This document shows positions 7,981 through 17,333 of a stretch of 45,004 bases of DNA, piece after piece. The DNA is from a virus (Duplodnaviria; Caudoviricetes), in the IMG/VR virus record IMGVR_UViG_3300033181_000233, positions 1 to 45,004 of that record. One strand, given 5' to 3'. How positions within the stretch are numbered: position 1 is the first letter of the stretch; the number at the start of each line of letters is the position of its first letter. The position numbers and the translations under genes were made by a program. Below the pieces are notes generated by a model. That model did not search any database, was not told the origin of the DNA, and saw only the letters and a list, made by a program, of their open reading frames with translations.

Positions 7981-8193
7981 ATGACCGCCGAGCGGCAGCC
8001 GGTCCGACCGCGAGAGCAGCGCACACCCGGCGGCCGATGGACCGTGCGCAAAGACCAACGCGGCACCACCTTCAGCTGGGTCGTCGTCTCACCAACCGGG
8101 CGCGACGTCGCAGTCGCCGGGTCGCAGCAGGCCGCCGTCCGCGAAGCCATCCGACGCGCCCGGCAGCCACGACGACAGGAGAAGGCGGCATGA
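7981..8193 (+). CDS. Hypothetical phage protein
   Basis: GAGGAGG RBS; MTAERQPVRP...WTVRK...WVVVSPTG. Confidence 0.6.
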   Translation: MTAERQPVRPREQRTPGGRWTVRKDQRGTTFSWVVVSPTGRDVAVAGSQQAAVREAIRRARQPRRQEKAA

Positions 8194-8215
8194 GCGACGA
8201 CCCGGTGCCGCCGTG

Positions 8216-8389
8216 GTGACCCGGCGCGCCGCGGCCCGGCGGAAGCCGCGCACCTGCGCCTGCGCCGGGTGCGCACACCCCCACCCCGACCCCTGCGGCG
8301 TCCCCGCCCCGTTCACCAACGGCGGCCTGTACCTGTGCTCCCGGTGCATGCGGGGCCGGCGACCACCCGACCCGATCACCGCCGCATGA
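8216..8389 (+). CDS. Small Cys-rich protein
   Basis: CACAGCAHPHPDPCG...LCSRC; ATGA-coupled to the helicase. Confidence 0.55.
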   Translation: MTRRAAARRKPRTCACAGCAHPHPDPCGVPAPFTNGGLYLCSRCMRGRRPPDPITAA

Positions 8390-9822
8390 CCGCCCACCCA
8401 CACGACGAGCTCGCACCCCGGCGGGCAGGCAGGGGAGAACCACCCGTGCCACCCACCACCGACACCGCCGACGAACAGCTCGAACGGGGCGTCCTCGGCG
8501 CGCTGCTCCTCGCACCCGACGTCGACGCGGCCGAACGGCTCATCACCGCCCTCGGGGAGCCGGCCAACTTCGACCGGCCACGTGTCGCCGAGGTCTGGCA
8601 GACCGCCTCCCAGCAGTGGGCCACCACCGGCCGCGCCGACATCCACAGCGTCATCGCCGCCCTCCGCGCCAACCTCCGCCCCGTCGACCCCCTCTGGGTC
8701 CTCGGCTGCACCGACGTCGACCACACCCCCGCCACCCAGCAGCACGCCCTCGACTGGGCCGTCCACGTCGCCGACAAGGGCCGCCGCCGCCGGGTCGTGG
8801 AAGAACTCACCCGCGCCCTGCAGCAGGCCGAGAACGGCGTGGACGGCGTCGGCGACACCATGGCCCGGATCGAGCGGCTACAGCCCGCACAGGTCGCCGC
8901 GGTCCACGTCCCCACGATCGCCGAGGACATGGCGTTGCTCACCGACGACGACCACCGCGACTGGGTCATCCCCGGCCTTCTCGAACGCGGCGACCGACTC
9001 CTCCTCACCGGCGGCGAGGGCAGCGGCAAATCCACCCTCATCCGGCAGATCGCGTTCCAGGTCGCCGCCGGCCTCCACCCCTTCAACACCGAAGACATCA
9101 CCCCCGCCCGCGTCCTCCTCATCGACGTGGAAAACCCGGAGAACATCTTCCGGCGGGAAGTCCGGCCCCTCTACCTCAAATGCGTCCAAGCAGGATTCGA
9201 CCCCGACCTGTTCCGCGTCGACCGCGCACTCGGCGGACTCAACCTCGCCGACCCAACCGACCTGGCATGGCTGCGCGCCCGAATCGCCGATGCCCGACCG
9301 GACCTGCTCCTCATCGGACCGCTGTACAAACTCGCCGGGGCCAACGCCGACAGCAACGACGAAAAGGACATGAAACCCGTCGCCTTCGCACTCGACAAGC
9401 TCCGCGCAGAATACGGGTTCGCGCTCATCTGCGAGACGCACAGCAACAAGATGGTCAAGGACGGCACCCGCAGCATGGAACCCAACGGCTGGTCCGGGTG
9501 GCTCAGATGGCCCGAGTTCGGCTACTGCATAACCCCCGCCGACGAGTTCCGGTCCTGGCGTGGAGACAGGTCAAAAAGAGAATGGCCCACCTCATTGCGA
9601 AGAGGCGGCGCGTGGCCGTTCTCAGCGGACAACACCCTCACCGACCACCGCTGGCGGACGATACGCGGGGCCCTCAGCAGCGCCAACCGCAGGCTCACCG
9701 AACGGGAGATCGCCGCTGCCGCGGACCTCTCGAAGACCGCTGTGCACCGCACTATCGAGGCCCGCCGGGACCTGTTCGACAACCTCTGGAAGATGCTCCC
9801 CGGCGACCAGGACGCGGAATGA
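8386..9822 (+). CDS. Replicative helicase: DnaB-N-like domain, RecA/AAA_25 ATPase and C-terminal HTH
   Basis: LERGVLGALLL (DnaB-N-like), Walker A GGEGSGKST, VLLIDVEN, and a C-terminal HTH LTEREIAAAADLSKTAVHRTI. Confidence 0.8.
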   Translation: MTAHPHDELAPRRAGRGEPPVPPTTDTADEQLERGVLGALLLAPDVDAAERLITALGEPANFDRPRVAEVWQTASQQWATTGRADIHSVIAALRANLRPVDPLWVLGCTDVDHTPATQQHALDWAVHVADKGRRRRVVEELTRALQQAENGVDGVGDTMARIERLQPAQVAAVHVPTIAEDMALLTDDDHRDWVIPGLLERGDRLLLTGGEGSGKSTLIRQIAFQVAAGLHPFNTEDITPARVLLIDVENPENIFRREVRPLYLKCVQAGFDPDLFRVDRALGGLNLADPTDLAWLRARIADARPDLLLIGPLYKLAGANADSNDEKDMKPVAFALDKLRAEYGFALICETHSNKMVKDGTRSMEPNGWSGWLRWPEFGYCITPADEFRSWRGDRSKREWPTSLRRGGAWPFSADNTLTDHRWRTIRGALSSANRRLTEREIAAAADLSKTAVHRTIEARRDLFDNLWKMLPGDQDAE

Positions 9823-9828
9823 TCAAGC

Positions 9829-10100
9829 CCCTGACCTGCTGGTCCACCTGGTCCACTCCGGAATCCCGAACCAGGGTTGATGGTCCACTTGGTCCGCTCT
9901 GGTCCACTTTTCCAGAACCAGAGTTTCCGCAGGTCAGAGCCTGGTCCAACCGAATCGTGGTCCACACCCCCTGGACCAGCCCTGACCTGCAGTTATGTCT
10001 GGTCCAGGCTCCTCCCCCCTACGGGGGGGTTGTAGACCCGCCCACCCCGTGGGGGGCGCAGCACAACCCGGACACCACCAGGACCCCACCGGACCACGAC
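9829..10100. repeat. Iteron-like TGGTCCA(C) cluster, candidate replication origin
   Basis: TGGTCC at 9840, 9849, 9881, 9890, 9900, 9942, 9958 and 10000, with inverted copies near 9971 and 10090. CTGACCTGC at 9831 and 9982, inverted at 9929. C6-TAC-G7 hairpin at 10014-10029. Confidence 0.7.
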
Positions 10101-10124
10101 CATGACTAAGCCGAGGAGCACGAC

Positions 10125-10757
10125 GTGACCGACCAACCACACGCCCTCTACCGCGCCTTCGACATCAATGGTCAACTGCTGTACGTCGGGATCAGCGTTA
10201 ATCCCACCGCGCGATTCAACCAGCATCGAGCCATCAAGCCATGGTGGACCGTCCTGGCCAACATGACCGTCGAATGGCACAAATCACGCGAAGCGGCCCT
10301 AGACGCAGAACGTGACGCGATCATCGCCGAAAAGCCCATTCACAACATCATGCACAACTCTGGGGACAGGTCGACCACCTCGGCTCCGGGCCAGGCGGTC
10401 TGGCTGTGCGGCGTCTGCGACCGCCCCGTCGCCGACGCGGCAGGCTACGTCCAAGTCGACAAAGGACGAGCCGCTCTGAAGGTCCGTAAAGCCATCGAGG
10501 CTGGACTCTTTGACAAACGTGGCGACTGCACCGGCACCTCAGAACTGATCCCATGGGTGGCGCTGCATAGCAGCTGCGACCTCGACCCGGACAGCGCTGA
10601 CTACTGGATGCGAGTTGAACGGATCAGGACACGCGAGCAGATCCAGCGGTTCGGTGAGCACGTAAGCGAGAAGCGATGGGGTATCGCCACCGACTGGGAT
10701 GACGCTAGCCACGATGCCCTAGCAGGCGGAGCGTTCCCCACCGGAGCGCAGACGTGA
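10125..10757 (+). CDS. GIY-YIG domain protein with a C-terminal Cys/His domain
   Basis: ALYRAFD...LLYVGIS...RFNQH...AERDAIIAEKPIHN; GAGGAG RBS. Confidence 0.85.
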   Translation: MTDQPHALYRAFDINGQLLYVGISVNPTARFNQHRAIKPWWTVLANMTVEWHKSREAALDAERDAIIAEKPIHNIMHNSGDRSTTSAPGQAVWLCGVCDRPVADAAGYVQVDKGRAALKVRKAIEAGLFDKRGDCTGTSELIPWVALHSSCDLDPDSADYWMRVERIRTREQIQRFGEHVSEKRWGIATDWDDASHDALAGGAFPTGAQT

Positions 10758-10960
10758 TGGAAGCTGGTCCAGCGATCACCGACCCCCGCCTCGAACGGTG
10801 CGCCAACTGCCACCACCTTGCAGGCGAACACGACTACGGCGGCGGAACCTGCCGACACCCCGATTGGGACGAGATCACCGTCCACCCGTACGACGCTGAA
10901 CCGCGGACAGTGCCCCTGTTCCCGCGCTGGTGCGAATGCGAAAGAGTGGTGCTCGCATGA
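10754..10960 (+). CDS. Small Cys/His-rich protein
   Basis: CANCHHLAGEH...CRH...CECERV. Confidence 0.65.
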   Translation: MMEAGPAITDPRLERCANCHHLAGEHDYGGGTCRHPDWDEITVHPYDAEPRTVPLFPRWCECERVVLA

Positions 10961-10963
10961 GTA

Positions 10964-11113
10964 ATGGACCAATCGAACCGCGAGCAGACCCTCCGAGGGG
11001 TGGCGCACGAGCTGCGCGAGATGTACGTCGCCCTGCTCGCCGAGTCGTTCACGGCACAAGAGGCACTGGTCATCGTCGTCCAGATCATCGCGACGAACAG
11101 GGGCGGCCAGTGA
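10964..11113 (+). CDS. 49-aa hypothetical phage protein
   Basis: MDQSNREQTLRGVAHELREMYVALLAESFTAQEALVIVVQIIATNRGGQ; GTGA-coupled to the next gene. Confidence 0.65.
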   Translation: MDQSNREQTLRGVAHELREMYVALLAESFTAQEALVIVVQIIATNRGGQ

Positions 11114-11910
11114 CATCGCCCACCACGAACCACCTGCTCCATCTCCTCGGTGACATCGAGCGGGCCGTGGTGTTCCTTGCCGCGAATCCCGCCCGGCGTG
11201 AGATCGGATCCCAGGCGCGGAACCCGAACCGTCCCGGCAGCCAGGAACCCATCAGCCTCGACGTCATCGACCTCCGCGTGGACGTACCCGCCAAGCTCAC
11301 CTCGTGGGTGCGCCTCGTGTGGGAGGAGCGCGACGGGCTGCTTGCCGACCCCGACACCGGACCGACCGGGCAGACCGTGACCGAGCTGTGCCGGTGGCTC
11401 CGGGCCCGCGCCGCGTGGATCGTGGACCAGCCCTGGTCCGATGAGCTGATGACCGAACTCGGGGACCTGCGGAGCAAGCTGGCCCGCGCACCCGGGTCGC
11501 CGCTGCTCGCCACCACCGCAGGCCACGTCCCGTGCACCCGGTGCGGCGGCAGCGTGGCCATCCGCCAGCACGACGCCGGCCGCCGTGTCGAGGTGTCCGG
11601 CAGGTGCGCCGAATGCGGGCACGCCTACGACGAGGACGCCATCGCCGCGGCACGCGCACGGCAGGTGCAGGTGCTGGACTGGCAGCCCGTGGAGGACGTG
11701 CTGCGGGTGCTGCACGGCGAAGGGTTCGGGCTCACCGCCGCACAGGTCACGCACTGGGGTGACCGTGACCTCGTCCCCCGCCAGGTGGACCAGGACACCG
11801 GTCGGCGCACCTACCTGGTGGGCCAGGTGCGAGAGCGGGCACGGCGACTGCAGCGGTATGCACAGGCAGGTGCACACGTGGCCATGCACAGGCAGGCGAG
11901 CGGTGAATGA
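11110..11910 (+). CDS. Probable late-gene transcriptional regulator (Zn ribbon and C-terminal HTH)
   Basis: CTRC...CAEC and LTAAQVTHWGDRDLV...RTYLVGQV. Last gene before the HNH/terminase operon. Confidence 0.6.
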   Translation: MTSPTTNHLLHLLGDIERAVVFLAANPARREIGSQARNPNRPGSQEPISLDVIDLRVDVPAKLTSWVRLVWEERDGLLADPDTGPTGQTVTELCRWLRARAAWIVDQPWSDELMTELGDLRSKLARAPGSPLLATTAGHVPCTRCGGSVAIRQHDAGRRVEVSGRCAECGHAYDEDAIAAARARQVQVLDWQPVEDVLRVLHGEGFGLTAAQVTHWGDRDLVPRQVDQDTGRRTYLVGQVRERARRLQRYAQAGAHVAMHRQASGE

Positions 11911-11981
11911 CAGGCGTGTGGTTCGTCTGCTACCTTGGCTGCCGTCGGCATGAGGCGACCCCTGACCACGGATGACACACC

Positions 11982-12299
11982 ATGCCCACCGCTCCGCTTC
12001 CTCGGTGCAGCACCCCCGGATGCAAGGACCGCTCCGAACCGGATGGACGCGGTAAGTGCGCCACCCACCGACGCTCCTGGGTCAAGCCACCCACCAGCGC
12101 ATGGTCCGGTGGCAGCACACGGGCATGGCGCAAGGCGCGCGCCGCCTGGCTCGCTAACCACCCGCTGTGCGCTGACGCCGGATGTGGGCGTCTCGCCACT
12201 GAAGTGCACCACGTACGCGGCAGAGCAACCGACGAGTTGATGTGGGACACCCGGTGGTGGATGTCCCAGTGCCACCCACACCACCTGCAGAAAAGCTAG
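11982..12299 (+). CDS. Terminase-associated HNH endonuclease
   Basis: HPLCADAGCGRLATEVHHV...QCHPHH; directly upstream of TerS. Confidence 0.85.
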   Translation: MPTAPLPRCSTPGCKDRSEPDGRGKCATHRRSWVKPPTSAWSGGSTRAWRKARAAWLANHPLCADAGCGRLATEVHHVRGRATDELMWDTRWWMSQCHPHHLQKS

Positions 12300-12395
12300 G
12301 ACCCCCAGGGGGGTCAGGATCGCTACGCAGAGTGACCGCGGACACCGCGCAGGTGGTCGCGTTTTCGATGTCTCACGTTCACTCCGGGGGGTCTG
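12300..12395. other. Candidate cos (packaging) region
   Basis: Non-coding gap between HNH and TerS containing GACCCCCAGGGGGGTC. This is the usual cos position in HNH/P27-TerS phages. Confidence 0.5.
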
Positions 12396-12860
12396 ATGCC
12401 TGGTCCCTCGGCCGCGCCGGCCGCCCTGCGGCTCCTGAACGGCCGCCACGCGGGCGTGGATAGCGGTGGTCGCCCGGTCAAGGCATCGCCCGCGTTCAAG
12501 CGCGTGCCGCCCAGTCCGCCGACGTGGCTGTCCCGTGAGGCGGCGGCCGAGTGGCGCCGGGTTTCCCCGGGCCTGGCCCGTCTGGACCTGGTCAAGGAGG
12601 AGGACCGCGCCGCCTTCGCCGCGTACTGCGAGACGTGGTCGGAGTTCGCGCAGGCATGCCGGGAGCTGAAGGCCCACGGCAGTCTGACGATCGTGGTGGC
12701 GCAGGGCGAGATCCCGCATCCGGCGGTGGCGATCCGGCGGAGTGCCAGCCAGCAGCTGCGGACGTGGGCGCGGGAGTTCGGCCTGACGCCTGCTGCGGAG
12801 AACGCGCTAGCCACGAAGGGCGGCGGCGATGGCGCGGAGGGCAACCCCTTCGGCGGTTGA
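12396..12860 (+). CDS. Terminase small subunit (P27 family)
   Basis: PPTWLSREAAAEWRRV...AYCETWS...HPAV...EFGLTPA. Confidence 0.92.
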   Translation: MPGPSAAPAALRLLNGRHAGVDSGGRPVKASPAFKRVPPSPPTWLSREAAAEWRRVSPGLARLDLVKEEDRAAFAAYCETWSEFAQACRELKAHGSLTIVVAQGEIPHPAVAIRRSASQQLRTWAREFGLTPAAENALATKGGGDGAEGNPFGG

Positions 12861-14574
12861 CGAGGAGACGCTGGCGCAGCTGAAGCTGTCGCCGGAGGTC
12901 GCCTGGTACCTGCTGGACCGTGGGGTCCCGTTGCCGGAGTGCCCGCCGAAGATCAAGACCCCGGAGCCGAGGCTGGTTCCGGGATCGCGGTTCGATCCGG
13001 CGAGGGTGGACCGGGTGCTGCGCTCGTTCGGCCTGCTGCGGCACACGCAGGGCAAGTGGGCGCGCAACGGCGGGTTGCCGCTGAAGCCGGACCCGTGGCA
13101 GGTGGCGTACATCCTGGCGCCGGTGTTCGGCTGGGTCCGGTTCGACAAGGACGCCGACGACTACGTGCGGATCGTCCGGCAGCTGTACGTGGACGTGCCG
13201 CGGAAGAACGGGAAGTCGACGCTGTCCGGCGGGGTCGCGGTGTACATGACCTGCGCCGATGGGGAGCCGGGCGCCCAGGTGGTGACGGCGGCGACGACGG
13301 AGCGCCAGGCCGGGTTCGTGTTCAACCCGATCAAGAAGCTGGCCGAGTCTTCGCCGGCCCTGAAGCCGTTCGTCAAGGTGGTGGCCAAGAAGGTCATCCA
13401 CAAGCCGACCGACTCCTACGTCGAGGTGATCTCGTCGGCGGCGGACGCGCAGCACGGCGCGAACCTGCACTGCGGGATCGTCGACGAGCTGCACATCCAC
13501 CCGAACGGCGACATGGTCGAGACCCTGGAGACGGGGACCGGGTCACGGACGCAGCCGCTGATGGTACTCATCACGACGGCCGACTCGGGCCGGCGGAACA
13601 CGGTGTACGACCAGCGCCGGACGTACATCGAGCAGCTGGCCCGCGGTGCCCTGGCCGACGAGAGCTACTTCGGCGTGATCTGGGCGGCGGACGAGAGCGA
13701 CGATCCGTTCGCTGAGGCCACGCAGCGGAAGGCGAACCCGGGGTTCGGGATCTCGCCGTCGCGGGCGTTCCTGGCCGCGGAGGCGCGGAAGGCGCAGAAC
13801 AGCCCGGCGGACCTGGCGAAGTACCTGCGCCTGCACCTGGGGATCCGCACGAAGCAGGAGACGAAGTTCCTGGAGCTCGGTCCGTGGGATCGGAACGCGG
13901 GGATGGTCGACGAGATCGCCCTGAAGGGCCGGGAGGCGTACGGCGGCCTGGACCTGGCGTCCACCTCCGACCTGTGCGCGCTCTGCTGGCTGTTCCCGGA
14001 CGAGACGGGCGGCTACGACGCCCTGTGGCGTCTGTGGACGCCTCAGGACAACGTGGAGGCACTGAACAAGCGGACGGCCGGTTCGGCGTCTGTGTGGGCG
14101 CGTGAGGGCCTGCTGTCCGTGACGCCGGGCAACGTCATCGACTACGAGTTCGTCGAGGCGTCCATCAAGGCCGACGCCGCCCGGTTCGACGTCCGCTCGA
14201 TCGGCTACGACCGGTGGAACGCCTCGGCGCTGGTGAACCGCCTGTCGGCCGAGGGCTTGGAGATGGTCCCGGTCGGGCAGGGGTTCGCGACGATGTCGGC
14301 GCCGCTGAAGGAGGTTCAGCGGATGACGTTGGCCGGCACAGCGGAGCGCCCACTGCTTCGGCACGGCGGGAACTCGGCGGTGCGGTGGATGGTCGACAAC
14401 CTGGCCGTGGACATGAACCCGGCGGGGGACGTGAAGCCGAACAAGGCGACGAGCGGCGACAAGATCGACGCGGTGTCCGCTCTGGTGACCGCGCTGTCTG
14501 AGGCGATGACCCGGGAGCCCGTCGAGCAGTCGGTGTACGAGACACGTGGACCCCTGGTGATCAGCGGGCTGTGA
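12829..14574 (+). CDS. Terminase large subunit
   Basis: VPRKNGKST Walker A, IVDELH Walker B, GGLDLASTSD and KIDAVSA nuclease motifs. Confidence 0.96.
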   Translation: MARRATPSAVDEETLAQLKLSPEVAWYLLDRGVPLPECPPKIKTPEPRLVPGSRFDPARVDRVLRSFGLLRHTQGKWARNGGLPLKPDPWQVAYILAPVFGWVRFDKDADDYVRIVRQLYVDVPRKNGKSTLSGGVAVYMTCADGEPGAQVVTAATTERQAGFVFNPIKKLAESSPALKPFVKVVAKKVIHKPTDSYVEVISSAADAQHGANLHCGIVDELHIHPNGDMVETLETGTGSRTQPLMVLITTADSGRRNTVYDQRRTYIEQLARGALADESYFGVIWAADESDDPFAEATQRKANPGFGISPSRAFLAAEARKAQNSPADLAKYLRLHLGIRTKQETKFLELGPWDRNAGMVDEIALKGREAYGGLDLASTSDLCALCWLFPDETGGYDALWRLWTPQDNVEALNKRTAGSASVWAREGLLSVTPGNVIDYEFVEASIKADAARFDVRSIGYDRWNASALVNRLSAEGLEMVPVGQGFATMSAPLKEVQRMTLAGTAERPLLRHGGNSAVRWMVDNLAVDMNPAGDVKPNKATSGDKIDAVSALVTALSEAMTREPVEQSVYETRGPLVISGL

Positions 14575-14590
14575 CCCGAGGGGAGGCGTC

Positions 14591-14818
14591 GTGCGCGGAC
14601 CCGACCGTCTCGTCCGCGACAGCCTCCGGTCCCGGTTCGTGGTCACGATGCAGTCCGGGGAGGCCTTCGAGGGTGTGCTGCTGGACGCCGACGACGCGAC
14701 CGCGGTCCTGGTCGATGCGTGGGCGGTTACGGAGCAGTCGCGGGTGCAGGTGGACGGCCGGCTGTACCTGCCCCGCGTGGAGGTCGCGTACATGCAGCGG
14801 CCCGAGCCGGTCCGGTGA
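14591..14818 (+). CDS. Small protein with an Sm/LSm-like pattern
   Basis: GGGAGG RBS; FVVTMQSGEAFEGVLLDADD...VLVDA...GRLYLPRVEVAYMQ. Confidence 0.7.
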   Translation: MRGPDRLVRDSLRSRFVVTMQSGEAFEGVLLDADDATAVLVDAWAVTEQSRVQVDGRLYLPRVEVAYMQRPEPVR

Positions 14819-16293
14819 TCATCTCCGGCGGCGCTGCGGTGGGGTTCGCTCCGCAGGCGTTGGGTGAGGTCACGCCGATCGCGAACGCGACCGGGTACTT
14901 CTACGGCCGGGACGCGCTCGAACTGTCGGGCCAGTGGGCCACGTACTCGCGGATGTACCAGGCGCAGCCGACGGTCGCGACGGTCGTGGACAAGGTCAGC
15001 AACGCGGTGGCCCGGCTGTCCCTGCACGTGTGGGACGCCAGCCCAGCCGCGGGCAAGGTGTTGGACGCGACGTCGCCGTACGCGCGGCTGATCGCGAACC
15101 CCTGCCAAGGGATGTCGCCTTACGCCTTCTACCGGTGGACTGCCGCGACGTACGAGATCTTCGGCGAGGCCTTCTGGTACAAGGTCCGGGGAGGCCTCGG
15201 TCAGGTGCTCGGGCTGCTGCCGATGCACCCGTCCCGGGTCGCGGTGGAGCGGGACAAGGACGGCAAGGTCGTCTACGTCTTCACGCTGGGCGTGGCGTCG
15301 GCCGGCCTGCTGCGGGCCCCCGCTGCGGACGTGGTGCCGTTCTTGCGGTACCACCCGGACAACCTGATGCGCGGCCTGTCCCGGCTGGAGCCGCTGCGGT
15401 CGACGTTGCTGAACGAGGACGCGGCCCGCCGGGCGACGGCGTCCTGGTGGAAGCGGGGCGCACGCCCGTCGTTCGCGCTGTCCACGGACCAGAAGCTGTC
15501 GGAGCCGGCGGTCCGCCGGTTGCAGGCGACGATCCAGGCGGATCACGCGGGCGCGGACAACATGGGCGGCAGCCTGGTCCTGGAAGAGGGCCTGAAGCCG
15601 ATCGTCACTCAGCTGACCGCTGAGGACATGCAGTACGTGGAGACGCGGAAGTTGAACATGCAGGAGACCTGCATGGTCTACGACATCCCGCCGCCGGTGG
15701 TGCACATCCTCGACCACGCGACGTTCTCCAACATCACCGAGCAGATGCGCTCGATGTATCGGGACTCGATGGCCCCGCGACTGGAAGACCTGGAGTCGGT
15801 GGTCGACACGTTCCTGCGGCCGGACTTCGACGCGGACGGGGTGAAGCGGGCGAAGTTCGCGCTCGACGAGGTGTTGCGCGGGGACTTCGAGACCCGGGCG
15901 ACCGCGATACAGCAGCTGGTGCAGAGCGGCGTGATGAAGCCGAGCGAGGCCCGTCCGCTGTTCGACTTGGACGATGCCGGCCCGCGGGCCGACAAGTTGT
16001 ACGCGAACGCTGCTCTCCAGCCGCTGGGCGACCCGAACCGGCGGGTGTCGATCACGGAGACGGCTGCCGGTGATGCTGCGGACAACGCGACGGCGCAGCA
16101 GACCATCGACCAGGCACACGCCGCCGAGAACGCCACCGAGCAGCCCAACGGGGCGAGTGCACCGCTCCCGACCCCGAAGCCGCCGGCGAAGGGGATCGAC
16201 GCCGACCGGACCCTGATGGGCCTGCGGGGGCGGGTGGCGCAGCGAGTAGCCGAGCTTGAGGCGCAGCAGGCAACCGAGGAGGAGTCGCCGTGA
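14815..16293 (+). CDS. HK97-family portal protein
   Basis: FGEAFWY, LLPMHPSRV, GLSRLE, VLEEGLK and ATFSNITEQ. Confidence 0.95.
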   Translation: MIISGGAAVGFAPQALGEVTPIANATGYFYGRDALELSGQWATYSRMYQAQPTVATVVDKVSNAVARLSLHVWDASPAAGKVLDATSPYARLIANPCQGMSPYAFYRWTAATYEIFGEAFWYKVRGGLGQVLGLLPMHPSRVAVERDKDGKVVYVFTLGVASAGLLRAPAADVVPFLRYHPDNLMRGLSRLEPLRSTLLNEDAARRATASWWKRGARPSFALSTDQKLSEPAVRRLQATIQADHAGADNMGGSLVLEEGLKPIVTQLTAEDMQYVETRKLNMQETCMVYDIPPPVVHILDHATFSNITEQMRSMYRDSMAPRLEDLESVVDTFLRPDFDADGVKRAKFALDEVLRGDFETRATAIQQLVQSGVMKPSEARPLFDLDDAGPRADKLYANAALQPLGDPNRRVSITETAAGDAADNATAQQTIDQAHAAENATEQPNGASAPLPTPKPPAKGIDADRTLMGLRGRVAQRVAELEAQQATEEESP

Positions 16294-17315
16294 AGGTGGA
16301 GACGAAGGATGCGACGATCGCCCCCACCGGGACGGACGGCGACTTCCCGGGGACCTTCGAGGTGATCCTGTCCTCCCCCACGAAGGACCGGGACGGGGAC
16401 ACCCTGCTCCCGGGTGAGTGGAAGACCCCGCTCCCGGAGCACATCACCTTCGACCAGGACCACGCGATGTCGGTGGCGGGCACGGTCGGCTCTGGCCGCC
16501 CGGAGCTGGACGCTGACACGGGGAACCTGGTGGTGCGTGGGACGTACTCGTCGTTGCCGCGGGCGCAGGAGGTGCGGACCCTCGTGAAGGAGGGGCATAT
16601 CCGGACCACCAGCGTCGCGTTCCTCGCCGAGAAGTCGCAGGAGAAGGACGGCACGCACACGGTGTCCCGGGAGCTGCTGAACGGCGCGTTCGTGGCGATC
16701 CCCAGCAACCGTGAGGCGGTCGTGCTCGCGGCGAAGGCGTTCGGGGAGGTCGAGAAGGCCGGCGCGCGGAACTCCAAGGCCGACACTGAGCGCATCCAGT
16801 CGATCCACGACCACGCTGCCGCGCTCGGTGCGAAGCACGGCGCCGGCACGGGCAAGTCTGCGCCGGCCCGGTCGGCCAAGAAGCTGGTCCGGGGTGACAC
16901 CAAGAGCATCGTCGGGTCCGTTGAGGCCCTGCAAGACCGCGTCCAGGACGCGCTGCAGGACGAGGTCGACCCCCGCTTCGGCCGCGCCTACCTACGCGGC
17001 GTTCTTCCCGCCGATGGTGGTGGAACCCTCGTCTACGACCTGTCCAACTGGGACACCGGCGACCACGAAACGTACCGCCGGACATACACCGATGACGGTT
17101 CCGTCGTCGCACTCAACGACGACGCCCAAGAGGTCGACATTCTTGAGGTAGTCGTGCCAGACCCCGATTCGGACGACACCGAGGACGAGTCCGCCGCCAC
17201 CGTGCATACCGCAGACGCCGCTCCGGCCGCCGCTGCGCTGTCGGTGGACGCCGACGACGCCGAACTGGTCGCCCTGCGGGTCCGCAGCCTGCGATTGCAG
17301 GCTTCCGCGTACTGA
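16290..17315 (+). CDS. Prohead protease with a C-terminal extension
   Basis: FEVILSSPTKDRDGD, DH, TSVAF and ELLNGAFVAIPSN; lies between portal and capsid. Confidence 0.85.
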   Translation: MKVETKDATIAPTGTDGDFPGTFEVILSSPTKDRDGDTLLPGEWKTPLPEHITFDQDHAMSVAGTVGSGRPELDADTGNLVVRGTYSSLPRAQEVRTLVKEGHIRTTSVAFLAEKSQEKDGTHTVSRELLNGAFVAIPSNREAVVLAAKAFGEVEKAGARNSKADTERIQSIHDHAAALGAKHGAGTGKSAPARSAKKLVRGDTKSIVGSVEALQDRVQDALQDEVDPRFGRAYLRGVLPADGGGTLVYDLSNWDTGDHETYRRTYTDDGSVVALNDDAQEVDILEVVVPDPDSDDTEDESAATVHTADAAPAAAALSVDADDAELVALRVRSLRLQASAY

Positions 17316-17333
17316 TCACGGAAGGAGCGGGCT

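Noticed and set aside
9819-10109. ORF MIKPLTCWSTWST... as a real gene
   Set aside because: Although ATGA-coupled to the helicase, its sequence is dictated by DNA repeats in both orientations and its codon usage is poor. It is treated as a cis element, though translation is not excluded.
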